Shown: positions 37,683 through 51,964 of the stretch, piece after piece
Layout of the letters: every line of letters begins with the position of its first letter
How positions within the stretch are numbered: the stretch's first letter is position 1
Assembly: GCA_964234715.1 (NCBI GenBank)
Contig: OZ174283.1
Direction: 5' to 3' (one strand)
Length of the DNA stretch: 64,000 nt
Origin: Podarcis melisellensis
Taxonomy: Eukaryota
Position numbers and translations under genes: made by a program
Notes under the pieces: model-generated
Database searches by the model: none
Told to the model about the DNA's origin: nothing
What the model saw: the letters and a program-made list of their open reading frames with translations, nothing else

Positions 37683-39807
37683 TTTTCTTCCCTCCCCTAC
37701 TGGCTTGAGACAAACTACCCCAGTGTCTGTCCTCTCCCCAGCTGCCTTGTACAACAGCTTCACTACGCAAGAAAGTAGCATAGCAGAGATACTGTTGCAC
37801 ACTACCCGAATTTTAACAGTTACTGAATCCAGGAATTTAGGGTGTCAAGCACCCACAAATTCATAACAATACCAATCATGGCAGAGGGAGAAATGATGCA
37901 ATTTGTGCTTTTCACAAACACAGAAAGATCTGTTTGCTTGCTTCATATATAGTCTACTTTTGGATCAAATTGCATTTGTGGTGATTTAACACTACAACAC
38001 CAATTTACCATACAAACACAATGACTGAAATATATATACAATTCCATACATACATCCTTTTAACTTAGAAGTTGTTCCTTTATAATATCTAACACTTCCG
38101 AAGGTCTTACCCATTTTTAAATATTAACAAAATTGGCATCTATTTTTCTTAAAGCCATCAACAAATGGATTTCAAACCCTAAAAGCAATTCTTTCTTTTA
38201 AAAAACAAGCAAATGACATTCTAGTTAACCAATCAAAACAGTCAATTGACTCTTCTAAACTGTATGCCACTCTGCTTTAGAAGCATAATATACTTTCCAT
38301 CAAATGAAATTTCAAGGCATTGCATGGTTTTTTTATTAGTGGGGAACGTGTTATTTTTTAAAAAAAGATTTGGAAATTAAGGGGGAAATGAAACAAGGTA
38401 GTCTGAATATCTCAAGATTTTACATGATTTCATTCATTTCATTTGTGAACTGTGACCAAATCAGTCAGTGCATAAAATACAACATAAGCTGACAACAGCT
38501 TTTCCCCCAGCATGTAAATTCTTTTGTCAAAAGTTTTTCTACCAACGTTTAGAGTGGGAGCCAAGTTGTGTGGAAGTTTTGTTATGGCTTTAACCTCTGC
38601 TAGTGCTATGATGTTTCAAGGGCTTGCATCACACGGATGGAGCCAATCACAAGGGACTTTCCTACACAACAGCCTCCAGCTTGGTTTGGAGAAATGATCA
38701 GGTGAGTAGAACCTTTCTAGCTGGCCCCATTCACAGCCTGGGTCTGTGGGATGAGGTCACAGAAAACACCTTCCATGTTGCACTGCAACACTGAAAAAAG
38801 ACCTGAAGCCTATTACTGACTGGATGCAAAAGTGCAGCTACTGTGGCATGCATTATTCACTTGGATTGGGGAAGCAACAACCCTTAGAATTACATTTATG
38901 CAAATTATATTAAACTTTTCTACACCAATAATTGAAATGCAAATTGAAAACTGCTCACCCATTTAAAAAGGCTCCCTTTGAACAACCTCTATGCTTATTC
39001 CTTGCTCCCGTTTTATCACTCAGATGCTTGATCTGTTTATCTGCATACCTAGCTGTGCAAAGTTGCACAGAGGTTATACTACAGACACCGTAAGAGGGAA
39101 TCTTCAGAGGAATAATTTGCTCTGAAGCATTTATTCCTAAAACAAAATGGAACTCAGTGCCTTAGACAACTTGACCAGAATTTTCTACTATATGGCATTT
39201 ATTGAAAATAATTATATATCACCTAGTAGTAGTATTTATCAATTTATAATTGGTATTGTATTTATATAAATTTATATACTGCTTACATGCCAAAATATTT
39301 TCAAGTATAAAATCCAAACACAAAATACAATTCCACATTTCAATTCAAATTAAATTACATCAAAATTCCATCAGAACATTATAGAGATTGACAATTAAAA
39401 TTTATTATGAAACGAGGCTGCTGCAGGCACAGCAATTAAAACAGTTTTTTTAAAAACCAATTTAAACAATGTAATCAGAAAGTTCAAGTTCTGGAATGTT
39501 TGCCTAAACACGTACATCTTCAAGAGATGAATTATAAAAACGTTAAGGCAACATTAACAGTGAGTACAAAAATCAACTTTAAAAAAAAATAGCAACCAGC
39601 AAAGGTCTGGATAAAATGCTAATTTTCTGGTGTCACTGGTGCATTTTTTCCCTAGGAAAAGGCTACTCCAAAGAGGGGGCACCAAAACAGAAAAGGCCCT
39701 CTCCCTGGTTGCTGTAAGATAAGTTGATGCAGGCTGCAGCAGCACCAGGAAGGTTTCAGTACATGCTCTTACTAACTGGACAGGTTTTTATCTCAAATAA
39801 CTTACTC

Positions 39808-40165
39808 CTGGGGTAACTAACACGGTGCCCTCCAGATGTTGTGGACTACAACTCCCATCATCCCTGACCAATAGCCATGCTTGATGGGACCAAGGTGAGC
39901 TGCAGTTCACAATACATTGGTACCTCCAGTTGCGAACGGGATCCGTTCGCGAGGTCCTGCCACATCCCAAGGAATTTGCAACCGGATGACCGCTTCTGTG
40001 CATGCGCGCAGTTTAACGCTTCTGCACATGTGCGCGCGATGAAACCCAGAAAAATACTTCCGGGTTTGGCACGTTCGCATCCCGAAGATTACGTATCCAG
40101 AGGGATATGTAAGCGGGGGTACAACTGTATCTGGAAGGCACCATGCTGGCTGCCAATGACCTAGG
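39808..40165. mobile_element. Palindromic hAT-type MITE interrupted by a family C Tc1/mariner MITE (39915-40127)
   Basis: Outer: GGTGCCCTCCAGATGTTGTGGACTACAACTCCCATC...TCTGGAAGGCACC. Inner: TA|CATTGGTACCTCC...GGGGGTACAACTG|TA. Confidence 0.8.
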
Positions 40166-43100
40166 CTCAAGCAGTTTAGGACTCTATAGTCCAATACCGC
40201 AAACCTGAACTGTAGTTTATATCATCAATTAAGATAGTTAAGGCCTTGACTAGGAGAAAAATCTACCTCCTAAGGACAAGTTCAAACAAGATTTTATACT
40301 ACAGTACAAGAAATACAGACTATACAGCATGCTCCAATTGTGCACAGGTGTATTTGCTTTATAAAATACATGCAAGAGGAAAAGGTAATCCCCACCCCAT
40401 ATATCTATTTTAAGAAACAAATGGCTAAAGATAAAAGAGTATGCAAATAAAATCTGGTACATAGTGCATGTATGCAGGTATCACTCCAAAAGCCTCATTC
40501 AGAGAGGCTGCAGTTAAATTTCCTTACTCACGTGAGCAATATATATTTTTTAAGTACAGGATTAAGGTGGCTACCATTCTAGCGAATGATCAATATTCAA
40601 CCACAAATAAATTACGGTAGTTTACTGTAGTTATTTTTTCTTTCAAACCAGCCACTTTAGATGAACAAGTAGATTTATCGCAACTGAAAACATGCATAAT
40701 TCATCAAAATTCTTCATTGTCAAGACTGCAACACCAAAACCACCATGACTACTTTTCTCCTGTAAACCGGTTGGAAATAAGCACTAATACTGTGAATTTA
40801 TAAATTGTTTAACTTACACACACCAAAACACACACACTACCAGAAGGCAGATGAAATAGAAGTGTTTTATGATTCTTCTAAAAGATTTTCTGGCTAAGGC
40901 AAGTCTCCTTAAAAAGGATTTCCTGTTGTAGGAAAGCTGACAGAGAACGCTCCTTTACAGCTTTAAAACATAATGCATACAACACAACACACATTTGTAA
41001 TGTGAACTTCCTGATGAGCACGCACATCTGCCTAAGCATCCTTGCAACTCCAATATAATGTCATAACTTGTGACAGCACATTAGTGCAGCAGTCATAAGA
41101 TCCATCTTAAACATTCATTTACTGACTCAACAAGTTTGAGAATCGGGCCATTAAGTTGTAAAACACTGCTAAATATCACATGCCTATCTCATTAATTCAT
41201 GAATGACATTAACAGTTTCAAGCCAAGGACTGGATCCACATAATCTTGCAACAAGGGAGCTTTGGAAAAAAGAAGGGGAAGGGGGAAAGAAGGAAGCAGT
41301 GATTTTTGCTTTTTAAAACAGTTTGGCATAATTAGTTCATTCAGCAATTTTGGCAAAGAATACATTGGGCATTATATCTAAACTTGTTAACTTGCACTTG
41401 TCCTAGAAATCAGGTTTGAATCTTGGTCTGCATGGCAAGCACAAACCATAGTTTGACAGCTTGGGTGTAATGGTTTGCTACAAGCCAGAAAATAACTCAT
41501 TCCCTTAAGTACAGTAGAGGAGGAGGGAGTGTACAGGCATGTGGTCTCTTCTAGCGTCACAGTCCAAGCGCCAACCATGGTTCAGAATTATTGCTAGACT
41601 GAGCCATAAAGAAGCTCTTTCAATCCTGGCCAAAGAAAGAAAGAGCTCTCCACCAGAGATGTTATTTCATTATTGGAAAAATAGCCTCTATGAGCTTGAA
41701 GACAGTTTTATGGGTCAAAGAAATAGAAACTAAACACCTTCATCCAATCAGACAACCTTACTAGGTGGGCTTGAATGTTGTCATCTCTCAAGATATGTAA
41801 AATATGATATTAACCTATTTCACAGGATTTTTATTACAAAACAGCGAGGCTTCTTATAGATTAAACATGCACTGGATTGGGCTGTAAGCCACTTAGTTCA
41901 GAACACGTTCTGCATAATAATGGTAATAAATAATATAACATTAGTCTGGAATGTTTTTTGTTTTCGTTGACAATATCACAAAGAAAAGCATGGACAACTA
42001 ATAAAAGTTCATTAATATGGAAAAACTTGTGTGTAATACAAGGTATCAGACTGTTTTTGGTTATTAAGTACATTTGAGAAAACAATCTAAAATTATGATC
42101 TATATATACCAAACAGACTTAATATTGCAAATGGGCTATTACTGCAAATATACATACATGCATACATAACATTTAAATATGGCTAATGAATAATTGACAA
42201 CAGGCTTTTTTTTAAGCCTATCACAATTTCAATGGAAATAGTTCATTCAGATTAAATAGGGAGAGGATATACAAACTAGCTTTTTCAAACATAAAACCCC
42301 AAACAAGAGCTTTCTTTTGTGGAAATATGACACAAATAAGAAAAAACAAAAATAAGCCCTAGCAAGAAGAGCCAGTGAGAAATCAATGTACACTGTCATT
42401 TACAAATTACAGTCCCTCTTACCAATTCATAACCTGAATTGAATTACTCCAGTGAATCCTTCCACTATGAACTGTAAGTGAATGGCGGTCTGCAACAATG
42501 GTCTTTTGTGGTAATGCAATCAATAAAGTTGCAACAAACTACCTAAGACAGATTGGCTTTTTGATAATATTGTGCGGATGCTGCAAAAAAACCTGCACTC
42601 TTCAACAAACACTCATATGGAGGCAACTACATATTCTTTTTCACTTCCTCCATTTCACTCCTCTTCCTTTGTTGTGCCTGCTTGCTAGATTATGAGTCCC
42701 AGAGGGAAAGGGATCCTTTCATACATTTTAACATACCTTGATGACACTATACAAATATTGTTTTCTAAGCATTTTTAATTTGTTGTTTCTGCAAGCTAAT
42801 GCTATAATACTATTTCTATGCTCAAGTAATACTCTCTTCCTTTTTGTTTCTGACAAAAATATGCAAAGAGGAAAGCACAGATGGCCAGGAACTGAAAGGG
42901 TGAAGTTCACATTTGGTCTGAAAGAGCGTCTAGTCTTATTATAAATATGAAAAAGATACTCTTGAACTTTAGAGAATAACCAAAGGCTTCCTAACCCAAC
43001 ATTAATAGCACACTGTTAAAACAAAATACAACCATGCCCTCCAACTTTGAAAATGTTTGAAAAAACATCTGTCTAATTACCACACAGCACCATTTTCTTC

Positions 43101-43614
43101 TGTAATGCTGAATCAGGCCAAATAGTCTGTTTGGCCAATGTACTGAACAATCAATATAAACTACAACAGTTTTTCTCGCTAACTGCATGTAAAGTTCTTC
43201 CAGATTAGTTCATTAAGCTCTTTGGGCCTGCTAAGCTATTTAACATTTGCTCCAAATTCAAAAATATTTATGATGGCATTTCTTAAACCTTGTGAAAAGA
43301 ATGCATGCCACAAGTCTGACCCAGGTAAGATGCTGATCCCAAAAGCATTAAGAAAATAGTGGTGCCATTCAGAATCATGTTAGGAAATCATGACTTGTAT
43401 TTGCAAACTTCATGGAGTGAGTGCTGATGCGCATGTAGCCAAAACACCACAACCAATGCACAAGCAGGTGGTATCAGCGGAACAACAACATTTTCAGGAG
43501 TACAAAAAGCACTAGGGACCCCTGCTAGTGGGTTGCATTCAGTGAAATTATCCCATTTTCATCCTGTCCCTCTACTCCCCTTTCATATCTTCCAAATCTG
43601 GAAAGGAGATTCTG

Positions 43615-44056
43615 ACTAAACATCAGAAAGAATTTTCTGACAGAAAGAGCTGTTTAACAGTGGAATGGTCACCTCCAGAAGCTGTGGACTCTCCTTCCTT
43701 CGAGGTTTTAAGCAGAGGTTGGATGGCCATATGCCATGGATGCTTTAGTTAAGACGATGATGGTGAAGATGATGATGATTGTATTTATATCCCGCCCATC
43801 CGGCTGGGTTTCCCCAGCCACCCTGGGAGGCTTACAGCATATATAAAACACAGTGAAATATCAAATATTAAAAACTTCCCAATACAGGGCTGCCTTCAGA
43901 TGTCTACTAAAAGTTATGTAATTCTTTATCTCCTTGACATCTGAAGGAAGGGCTTTCCACAGGGATGGTGCGACTACCGACAGATTCCTGCATTGCAGGA
44001 GATTGGATTAGATGATCCTTGTGGTCCCTTCCAACTCTACATTTCTCTGATTCTTT
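43615..44056 (+). mobile_element. CR1 3' fragment split by a minus-strand L2 3' fragment (43754-43981)
   Basis: CR1 ...GATGCTTTAGTTAAG resumes as AGATTCCTGCATTGCAGG...CCCTTCCAACTC. The insert matches the reverse complement of the L2 end at 62280-62490. Confidence 0.8.
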
Positions 44057-45309
44057 TTCTCTGATGGAAGGACTCCTTCCTCTGGAAAATCATGAACCTC
44101 TAATGTAACTTAAAAGTTCGGGAACTTATACAAGACAAGTTCAAATGTGCCCAAACACCCCTCATTTTCTGAGGCAGTCTTACAAGAGGTTGGATTCAGA
44201 TTTAATGTAACTTGGATTATAAAGAACCCATATGAAAAGTTAATCCTGATGAAGACCCACTGATTTCAATGAAAAAGTAAGTTGAAATAATGCTGCAATC
44301 CTATATTTCTATATTAGGGAACAAGTCTCCCTAGATTAAATTAAAATTATTTTATTTGTGTGTGTTTTTAAACCCTCAAATCAGTTTCCAAAAAGAATAG
44401 AACAATAAAATTATCAATAAAAACAGTTTGAAACAGCTATTTTTAAATGAGTCATCCTTCTGAGCATGCATGCATAAAACAGGTGTTACTGTCTTGCTTT
44501 ACAAAAACCCACAGGGCATAATTCTGCCAAGTTAAGAACTTGGAAATCCCAATAGTTTCAATGAAAGACTTGAAGCTCTATGCTACACTTGGTTTCTATC
44601 CTATGCATGATTCCTCTGAATCCAACTATTACTGAATTGCTATCTAGTGTAAAACACTGTGGACTTCTAGCATGAAATCAATGGGATTGAAGAATTAAAC
44701 TTTCGCTTGATGGGTTCATAATTTGTAACAATATTTTAAAAGTTACCTATATTCTTGTTTAGATGGCATGCAGTTCCATCCTCATCTCTTTCAAGACATT
44801 CCAGCCCACCAGTTGAATCTTAAGGGAGAAAAAACATCAAAAGATTACTCAGAAAAAGTAAAAATACATAATAAATATATGTCAATGTAAACAATGTATA
44901 AGGAACACATAAGGCATTGCCAAATTTATAATAAACCTGCTGAACATTTTTTTTTTGCATTATTATTATTTTTGGAGCTACATACCAAACCCATTGGTTG
45001 CTCTTGTGAAATTTTATTTTTGGGCATGACATTTTGAACTGGTTCACAAGCAGCACCAGATGATCAAAAAAAAAAACAAGACTTGCACTATTTACTCCCC
45101 CGTCCCCCTGAACTACTCTATTTCAAATCAGCTACTTTTTCAAAACCACTGTTTGCTGATCCCTCCAGACTGGTTGTGCCATCTCTACGAACCAGGACTG
45201 GTTGCCATGTTTTCCTTCATGAAAGTGTAAGGACTGATTGAACACAGGGCACATGTGGTGAGGGGGTTAGAGCAATTTCCTGCGTTCCTATACTAGTTCA
45301 TACTTTTTT

Positions 45310-45466
45310 GTCCTTCTAGTCCAGTATTTACGTGCAGCAGATCTTCAGGGTCTCTGGCAGAGGTCTTTCCCATCACCTGACAGCTGACCCTTTCCAATGG
45401 AAAATCCCAGGCACTGAACCAGGAATCTTCTCTGCATAGGTTCTGCTACTGACCTATGGTTTCCCC
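45310..45466 (-). mobile_element. Degenerate tRNA-derived SINE (Squam3-like)
   Basis: Reverse strand GGGGAAACCATAGGTCAGTAGCAGAAC...CCTGGTTCAGTGCCTGGGA...GATGGGAAAGACCTCTGCCAGAGACCCTGAAGA. Confidence 0.5.
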
Positions 45467-45547
45467 ACTATATGTTGCATGGATGGGTGGGGATTGGAGA
45501 AGCAACTCTTAAACCTTTTTATTTGGAGGTTCCAATTGTGGTGTTTA

Positions 45548-45789
45548 CAGTGTTACCTATGGTTACAAACTTAATTCGTTCCGGAGGTCCGTTCTTAACC
45601 TGAAACTGTTCTTAACCTGAGGTACCACTTTAGCTAATAGGGCCTCCCACTGTCGCCGCACGACTGGGGCGCGATTTCTGTTCTCATCGTGGGGCAAAGT
45701 TCTTAACCCGAGGTAGTACTTCCAGGTTAGCGGAGTCTGTTACCCGAAGTGTTTGTAACCTGAGGTGTTTGTAACTCGAGGTACCACTG
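45548..45789. mobile_element. Tc1/mariner MITE, family A
   Basis: TA|CAGTGTTACCT...CGAGGTACCACTG|TA. Confidence 0.88.
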
Positions 45790-45869
45790 TATTCCCCATT
45801 TTAGACTCACATGACCCCAAAATTGAACTCTCTTCAAGCTGATTGTTAGGCATTCTAAAAATCTATGTA

Positions 45870-46097
45870 CAGTGGAATCTTGGTTCTCAAACTTAATCCG
45901 TTCCGGAAGTCCGTTCGACTCCCGAAACATTTGAAAACCAAGGCTGATTGGTGCAGGCGCCCTGGAAACAATAGCCAACAACCGCACCGGATATTTGGCT
46001 TCCGAAAAACATTTGAAAACACATACTTCCAAGGTTTTAGGTGTTCGGGAGCCGATTTGTTTGTCAACTAAGCCATTCGAGAACCAAGGTTCTACTG
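45870..46097. mobile_element. Tc1/mariner MITE, family D
   Basis: TA|CAGTGGAATCTTGGTTCTC...GAGAACCAAGGTTCTACTG|TA. Confidence 0.85.
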
Positions 46098-47271
46098 TAT
46101 TTGACACTTCATCATACAAAACAGTAACTACTCTGATGCAAACCATATTTACTTGAAGGGAAATCATGAGTGTCAAGGATAATTATTCCAGTTTGAGTAA
46201 CACAAAGCTTAGAGTGTGACCTTGTGTATGTAGGATGAAACATGGAGCTTCAAGAGAAAAATCTTATGGCTAAGGGCGCATGCAGACTTCCTTTTATGCA
46301 ATGTTTCTAGGCAAAGTCTGTGCCTTAAAGTACTGTTTCTAAACATTTTTTTTTGCCCTAGCTGTTTTCTAGTGAAAACCCACTCTTCACCATTGAAAAC
46401 CTGAATTGCCACTTGTTCTGATTCAATGTTAAAAAGTGGGTTTTCCTGGGGAAAGCAGAGGGATGGAAAAAAGTGCACTTGGCCAAGGAGCTTTAAAGCA
46501 CAGGCCTGTGCCAAGAAAGCATGGGGCATAAGTTAAGTGTGGATGAACCCTAAATCCAGCACTTTCCTGCAGTTTAGATGTAACTCTGGGCTTGACACTA
46601 AAACCCTCACAGCATCCTGTCTGGGCTTGTCCGCAGCATAACTATATCCGGATGCAAGATCATGTTTAATGGACAAGCTACATATTACTATCTCAATAAT
46701 ATGAAGCCAGAAGTCATTTTAGTGATTCAAAACAGAGCCACACAGAACTGAGAAGCAAAACAAAAAATGAAATAAAACAAAAACACTTTCAGGATGTAAC
46801 AGAATTATTGTTTCCAGTAAGAGTCATGCTTCCTAGAGAAAATATTGGTGGAGGAATACTAATGTAATATCCCAACAGCACAACTTACTCATGTATACTT
46901 GCCATTTCCACACACCCCAAGCAAAGTGTAAAGGGGTCCTGGTTTTAAAAGGGCACAACAGAAAACATTCCTTGCAGAGTTGTTTTCATTATACAACAAA
47001 CCTGCAACTTATGCACATTTAACCTGTGCACATTCAGCTATATGCACATGGTAAAAATTAAAAAAGAAGAAAGGGGCCAGGGTTCTGGGGGAAATGATTT
47101 TGGCAATCCCACTCACCACTGAATCCAATGGGATTTGACTATAAGCGATTTTGGCTTCATGTACTATCAGCAGAATGCAACCCCCACAAACTGTAGGCTT
47201 ATTGTAGATGTTTTCTAAACTAGGAGTGTAAAATGACTTTAACTACGTATATGGATATTCTGCTTTTCTTT

Positions 47272-47621
47272 AAAGGTAAAGGGACCCCTGACCATTAGGT
47301 CCAGTTGTGGCCGACTTTGGGGTTGAGGCGCTCATCTTGCTTTATTGGCCGAGGGAGCCAGCGTACAGCTTCCGGGTCATGCGGCCAGCATGACTAAGCC
47401 ACTTCTGGCGAACCAGAGCAGTGCATGGAAATGCCGTTTACCTTCCCGCTGGAGCGGTACCTATTTATCTACTCGCACTTTGATGTGCTTTCGAACTGCT
47501 AGGTTGGCAGGAGAAGGGACCGAGCAACGGGAGCTCACCCCGTCACGGGGATTCAAACCACCAACCTTCTGATCGGCAAGTCCTAGGCTCTGTGGTTTAA
47601 CCCATAGCGCCACCCGCGTCC
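47272..47621 (-). mobile_element. Sauria-type SINE
   Basis: Full-length reverse copy AAAGGTAAAGGGACCCC...CGCCACCCGCGTCC. Confidence 0.92.
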
Positions 47622-48412
47622 ATCATACAAACCAAATTGGCTGGAAAAGGCAGCTCAAATGCAACGAGACAGATGTCACTCACACACACACTTCTCCCTG
47701 CCACCGAAGCTCTCGCACAGTCTGAATCTGTCTTTCTTAATAGAGCAAAATAAAGCAATGAGGGAAGGAGGCCCATTTAATCTTTGCACAGGTCATGAAC
47801 CACAGTCCACGGCAATTAATTTTTGATTACTTTTAATGCTGCATTACATTAGCTTCCCCAGATCAGATGACTCATTCACCTGAATGAGAGATGCCCCGGG
47901 TTACAAAATATTACACACACTCACAAAGGAATAGAATAAATTGCCAACGGAACATAACTGAGCTTGAATTTGAAAAACGTAGCTCCTATCAATGTCATAA
48001 ATCTTGACTGAGCCATAAGTAACATGGTTCTCTGGGGTATAGATGGTGGTGCAAGGGCTCCCATTCCTAGAGAAGTAGGCAACACTTGCTAATACTTCCT
48101 AAGTTCATCAAAACTTTAAATTTACCAGTGCAAGGAGAAGGGTAAGGATTTGGGGCAAAAATATCAGCTCCCTTTCTCCTAAAACAGACTGGGAGCGGCA
48201 GAGTAAGAGATCCACAAGTTTTTAGTTCAAGACTATTACACCACATGAATGCAACCTTTAGCTCCAAATGTTAATTCAAAACGACTGTCTTTTGATCATT
48301 CTCTACTCCCAGTCAGATGAACGGATTTGGACTCTCTAATGGGATTCTATTAGCTTTTGCTCAGCGGCAATTCTAAAACAAACCCCTGACATCACTTAAA
48401 GCGGGCTAGTTT

Positions 48413-48540
48413 AATAGAATCATAGAGCAGTTAGGGACCCCGAGGGTCATCTAGCCCAACCCTCTACAATGCAAGAATCTCAACTAAAAACCTCCAAGGA
48501 AGGAGACCCCATTACCTCCAGAGGAAGTCCACTGTCAAAC
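48413..48540 (-). mobile_element. CR1 3' fragment
   Basis: ATAGAATCATAGAG...GGGTCATCTAGCCCAACC...AAAACCTCCAAGGAAGGAGA. Confidence 0.7.
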
Positions 48541-48689
48541 AATGAGAGTCCAATTTTCACCTACAAGCATGCAATGAAAGAGTACGTGGGAACGCCTCCC
48601 CCTTGCCACCCAGTAGGCAGTTAGGTCGAGGGTGGTCCACAGATGGCAATCCTACACTAACTTTAAGCGACCACGGGGGAAAGGCGCTC

Positions 48690-49500
48690 TGCACATGTTC
48701 ATGCGCTCGCTCCTCCTCTGTCGTGACTTCGCGCCAACTCCGGGGTTCGCTTCCCGCATCCGGGGAGGGGAGGCGAAACTTCCGGAGCTCGAACCCAACC
48801 GCCCCTTGCCTGACGCGCGTCCTTGAGGAGAAACCGCCGCCAACCGCCTCCCCTGAGAATCCTTGCAGGAAGGCACAGGATGCCAGCCGCCCCCTCAGGA
48901 CGCCACACGCCGGAGCTGAGGGGGACGGCGCCCTGCCGCGGCTTCCCCCGCCCGAGCCCTTTCCTCACCTCGCTGCCGTCCCCCTGGGAGGGAAAGGCGG
49001 CTCCGGCCCCGTCCCTCTCGGGGAGGAAAAAGGCAAGTTGAGGCGAAGAGGGCGCCCCCTTCCCGGCCCCGACCGCCGCCGGCGGCAACTCCCAATTTCA
49101 CAACAAAGCCCCCCCCCTCCTCCTCGGGAACGTTGGGCCACGCCTCCCAATGGGCGGGGCGATACCAGCTGTGTGGCGGTTGAGCGTTGGCCACGCCCCC
49201 TGACCAACCGCCAACTCGCCTCGGTTCCTTCGCCTCCCCGCCCCTTCGCTGCCACATCGAACGTTGCTTCGGCGAGGAAAGCGGGAGTTGGGGAGGCGGC
49301 CGTTGGTCTCGCGCCGACCACCGCCCGCAGGCGCTCGCGACGGCAAAGCGCGGCGGGCAAGAAGCGGAGCGTTTACTTCCGCGAGCTCCGAGGAAGAAGA
49401 GGCGGCTGAGGCGGCAGATGGGATGGCCCGGAGGGCGGGTTTATGCAAAGCAGGAGCCTGGACGCTTTCTGTCGCCGCCTGAGGGAAGGAGCCGCCTGGG
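48690..49500. promoter_or_regulatory. KLHL5: CpG island, probable KLHL5 promoter
   Basis: Abrupt GC/CpG-rich block in CpG-poor surroundings, upstream of the KLHL5 coding exons. Contains CCAAT plus GC box (CCAATGGGCGGGGC ~49147-49160) and ETS-like ACTTCCG motifs (~48778, ~49375). Confidence 0.85.
48969..49130 (-). other. KLHL5: Probable non-coding first exon of KLHL5 (5' end approximate)
   Basis: Strong donor GAG|GTGAGG at 48969/48968 inside the CpG island, downstream of CCAAT/GC boxes; no ATG in the segment. Confidence 0.5.
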
Positions 49501-50050
49501 TTATTTTTTTGTTTTATTTATTAATTAAATTTGTGCGCCCCCGAGCGCCTCCCTGCATTAAAATACAAGTACGAAAACACGACATAAAAACATGGACAAA
49601 ACAAACCCACTCATTTTACAATCATTTTAACATTTCAAAAACTTGACTTCCTCCTCTTTCGGCGGTTCCTTAAGTTTATTTTTAATATCGGCTGCTTATC
49701 CAAATTAACTTGCTCATTTATTCATCTTCTTTAAATATATGCTTATAAAACTGCAGGTTATTACAATAATCCCGCCAACGTTCTTATCTGTTTACAATTC
49801 CATCTGTAAATATTCAACAAACCATTTCCCTTCTTTTTAAAAAAGTTTCTTATCTTGATTTCTTATTCTTCCGGTAAGTTTCACCATTTCTGCATATTCC
49901 ATCTGTTATTATATCCATTCTTCCTCTGCTGGGACTTCTGCTTCTTTCCATTTTTGAGCAAGTAACATTCTTGTTGCTGTAGTTGCATACATGAATAAAC
50001 TTCTACAATATACAGTACTGGTAGTTCTGACCCTATAATTCCCAAAAGGT
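49501..50050 (-). mobile_element. L1 LINE 3' end (ORF2 C-terminus, 3' UTR, A-rich tail)
   Basis: Minus-strand remnant LFMYATTATRMLLAQKWKEAEVPAEEEWI..MEYAEMVKLTGRIRNQ, typical of squamate L1 ORF2 ends; T-rich tail at 49501-49525. Confidence 0.75.
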
Positions 50051-51817
50051 CATAAAATGTTAATCAGCCAAAGTTTATTTATTTTATTATTATTTTATTA
50101 TTACATTATTACAGCTATTGTTATTACATTTTTATTTACACCGTTGCTGAAAGGCTTGGCCCCGAGAACCATTTTTAAAGCCGCTCCTCATTCTGTATCA
50201 CAATCTCTGATTAATGACAAAGGTGCCCCTGAGCATGTGCAGAACAATCAGCCTTCTCTCTGTCTGCCTCAATACACATCAGATTGTGGGTCTGAACTTC
50301 CTGGTTGAAAGTGGTAAAAAGAAGCATACATAAAATCAAAACGATCCTCTTCAATATGCTTATTAATATTTATTTTTAATTCCACCCCTCCTCCATATCA
50401 AACAACAGCTAAAACTACCCCCCAAGGGAATCACCCTTACAAATAATTAGTACACTGCCATTTGCTGCTGCCATGGCAAATAACATGGATCAGACCATGG
50501 GGCCCAATAGATCTTGATTGTTTTCAATCTGGGATCCTCCCCAAAACAGTGTCAAAACACATTTCATCTGTCTTTACAGACTGGTCAAAAGTAAAATCCA
50601 GTAGAATTAAAATAGATTCATCTGAATTTGCATGATCCCCCCCAAAAAAGATACCATTCCCCCAACCACTATCAAAGTTTCCATTTTGTAAACTATGATG
50701 TACATAGAAGACTAATATTGTTTACTTCTAATGGACCTATTCATGAAAGTCTAGTTGTATGCTTAGCTTACCATAAGGTTGAAGTAGGATAATAATTTTT
50801 CTAAATATAACAAATTACTTCAGCTTTTAAATTACGTTATGAAAGAGAACATTTGTGGCTATGGTGGAGCCAGTGCTTTCTGGCACTGCCATGATGCAAA
50901 AAGAAGGAACCAAGACATGGATCCTCGTTAATTTTACACATATGCTCTCCATAATCTGTGCCAAAGCTATAATCTTGTCCATACCCACAGAACTTTATAA
51001 ACCACAAATCCTGCTCTTCACGGCACTGCAATGGCACAAAACATGGATCCACTGTGGATCTTTTTTTACACAGCATCCCACCAAAACAAACCAAATTACA
51101 GAGTACAGTATGTCCATGGCCACAAAATGCATAGTAAAATAATGGATTTGGTGCTTCATCGCCATAAAGCATGAATCCATGACTGCTATATATACAATAT
51201 GGGATGCCATCAAAACCACTATCAAAGCACTGATCACCTGTGTTGTCCATTTCTTGGGGTTTTTTTCCCCTCTAGTGACACTTTGAAACCCCAGATCTGT
51301 GATTCTAAATTGTAGTACAAAAGTACAGATGTGGTCTAAGTTGACATGTCTTGTATCAATAGCTTTGCATCATAGGTGCTGTGAAACACTGGATCCATGA
51401 TTTTAAAACAGTGGTATGATCTGTGAATATAGACACAATTGGTTATTTGACACTGATATGTATAGCATCATTGCAAAAATCCACAGGATGCACACTCCAG
51501 ATGTATGGTTTTCCCTCATGATAGTGCCAACAAGCACTACTATCAATCGTTTCACAGTCTGTCTGTGGATATCAATATGATCTCTGTAAGTTCATTGTGG
51601 TTTTTGAGACACTCCATATAAAAATCCAGATGACGAGTCATGTGTATGGACTATGACAGCATCATCAAGTGCCAGACATGTGATTTTTATGGTACGTTCT
51701 GTGTTCATTGACCTTAGCTTTGGATAGCATCCTATGTAAAAATCATGAGAAAAAATCATGAGAGTTCAGCCAGTCATCGCCTCAGAAAACATTGAAAGTG
51801 CACCTTTTACAGTTCAG

Positions 51818-51964
51818 CAGTGGTGTAGCGTGGGGGGTGCAGGGGGGGCCGGCCGCACCGGGTGCAACATCTGGGGGTTAGGGTTAGGAGGCGCAAATCC
51901 ACGGGTTAGGGGACGCAAATTACTTGCCTTGCCCTGGGTGCTGACAGCCCACGCTACGCCACTG
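51818..51964. mobile_element. 147-bp hAT MITE with perfect 8-bp TSD CAGTTCAG
   Basis: TIR CAGTGG(T/C)GTAGCGTGGG; TSD at 51810-51817 and 51965-51972. Confidence 0.9.

Noticed and set aside
48603-49646. Long overlapping ORFs (up to 268 aa)
   Set aside because: Artefact of stop-poor CpG-island sequence; no recognisable domains.
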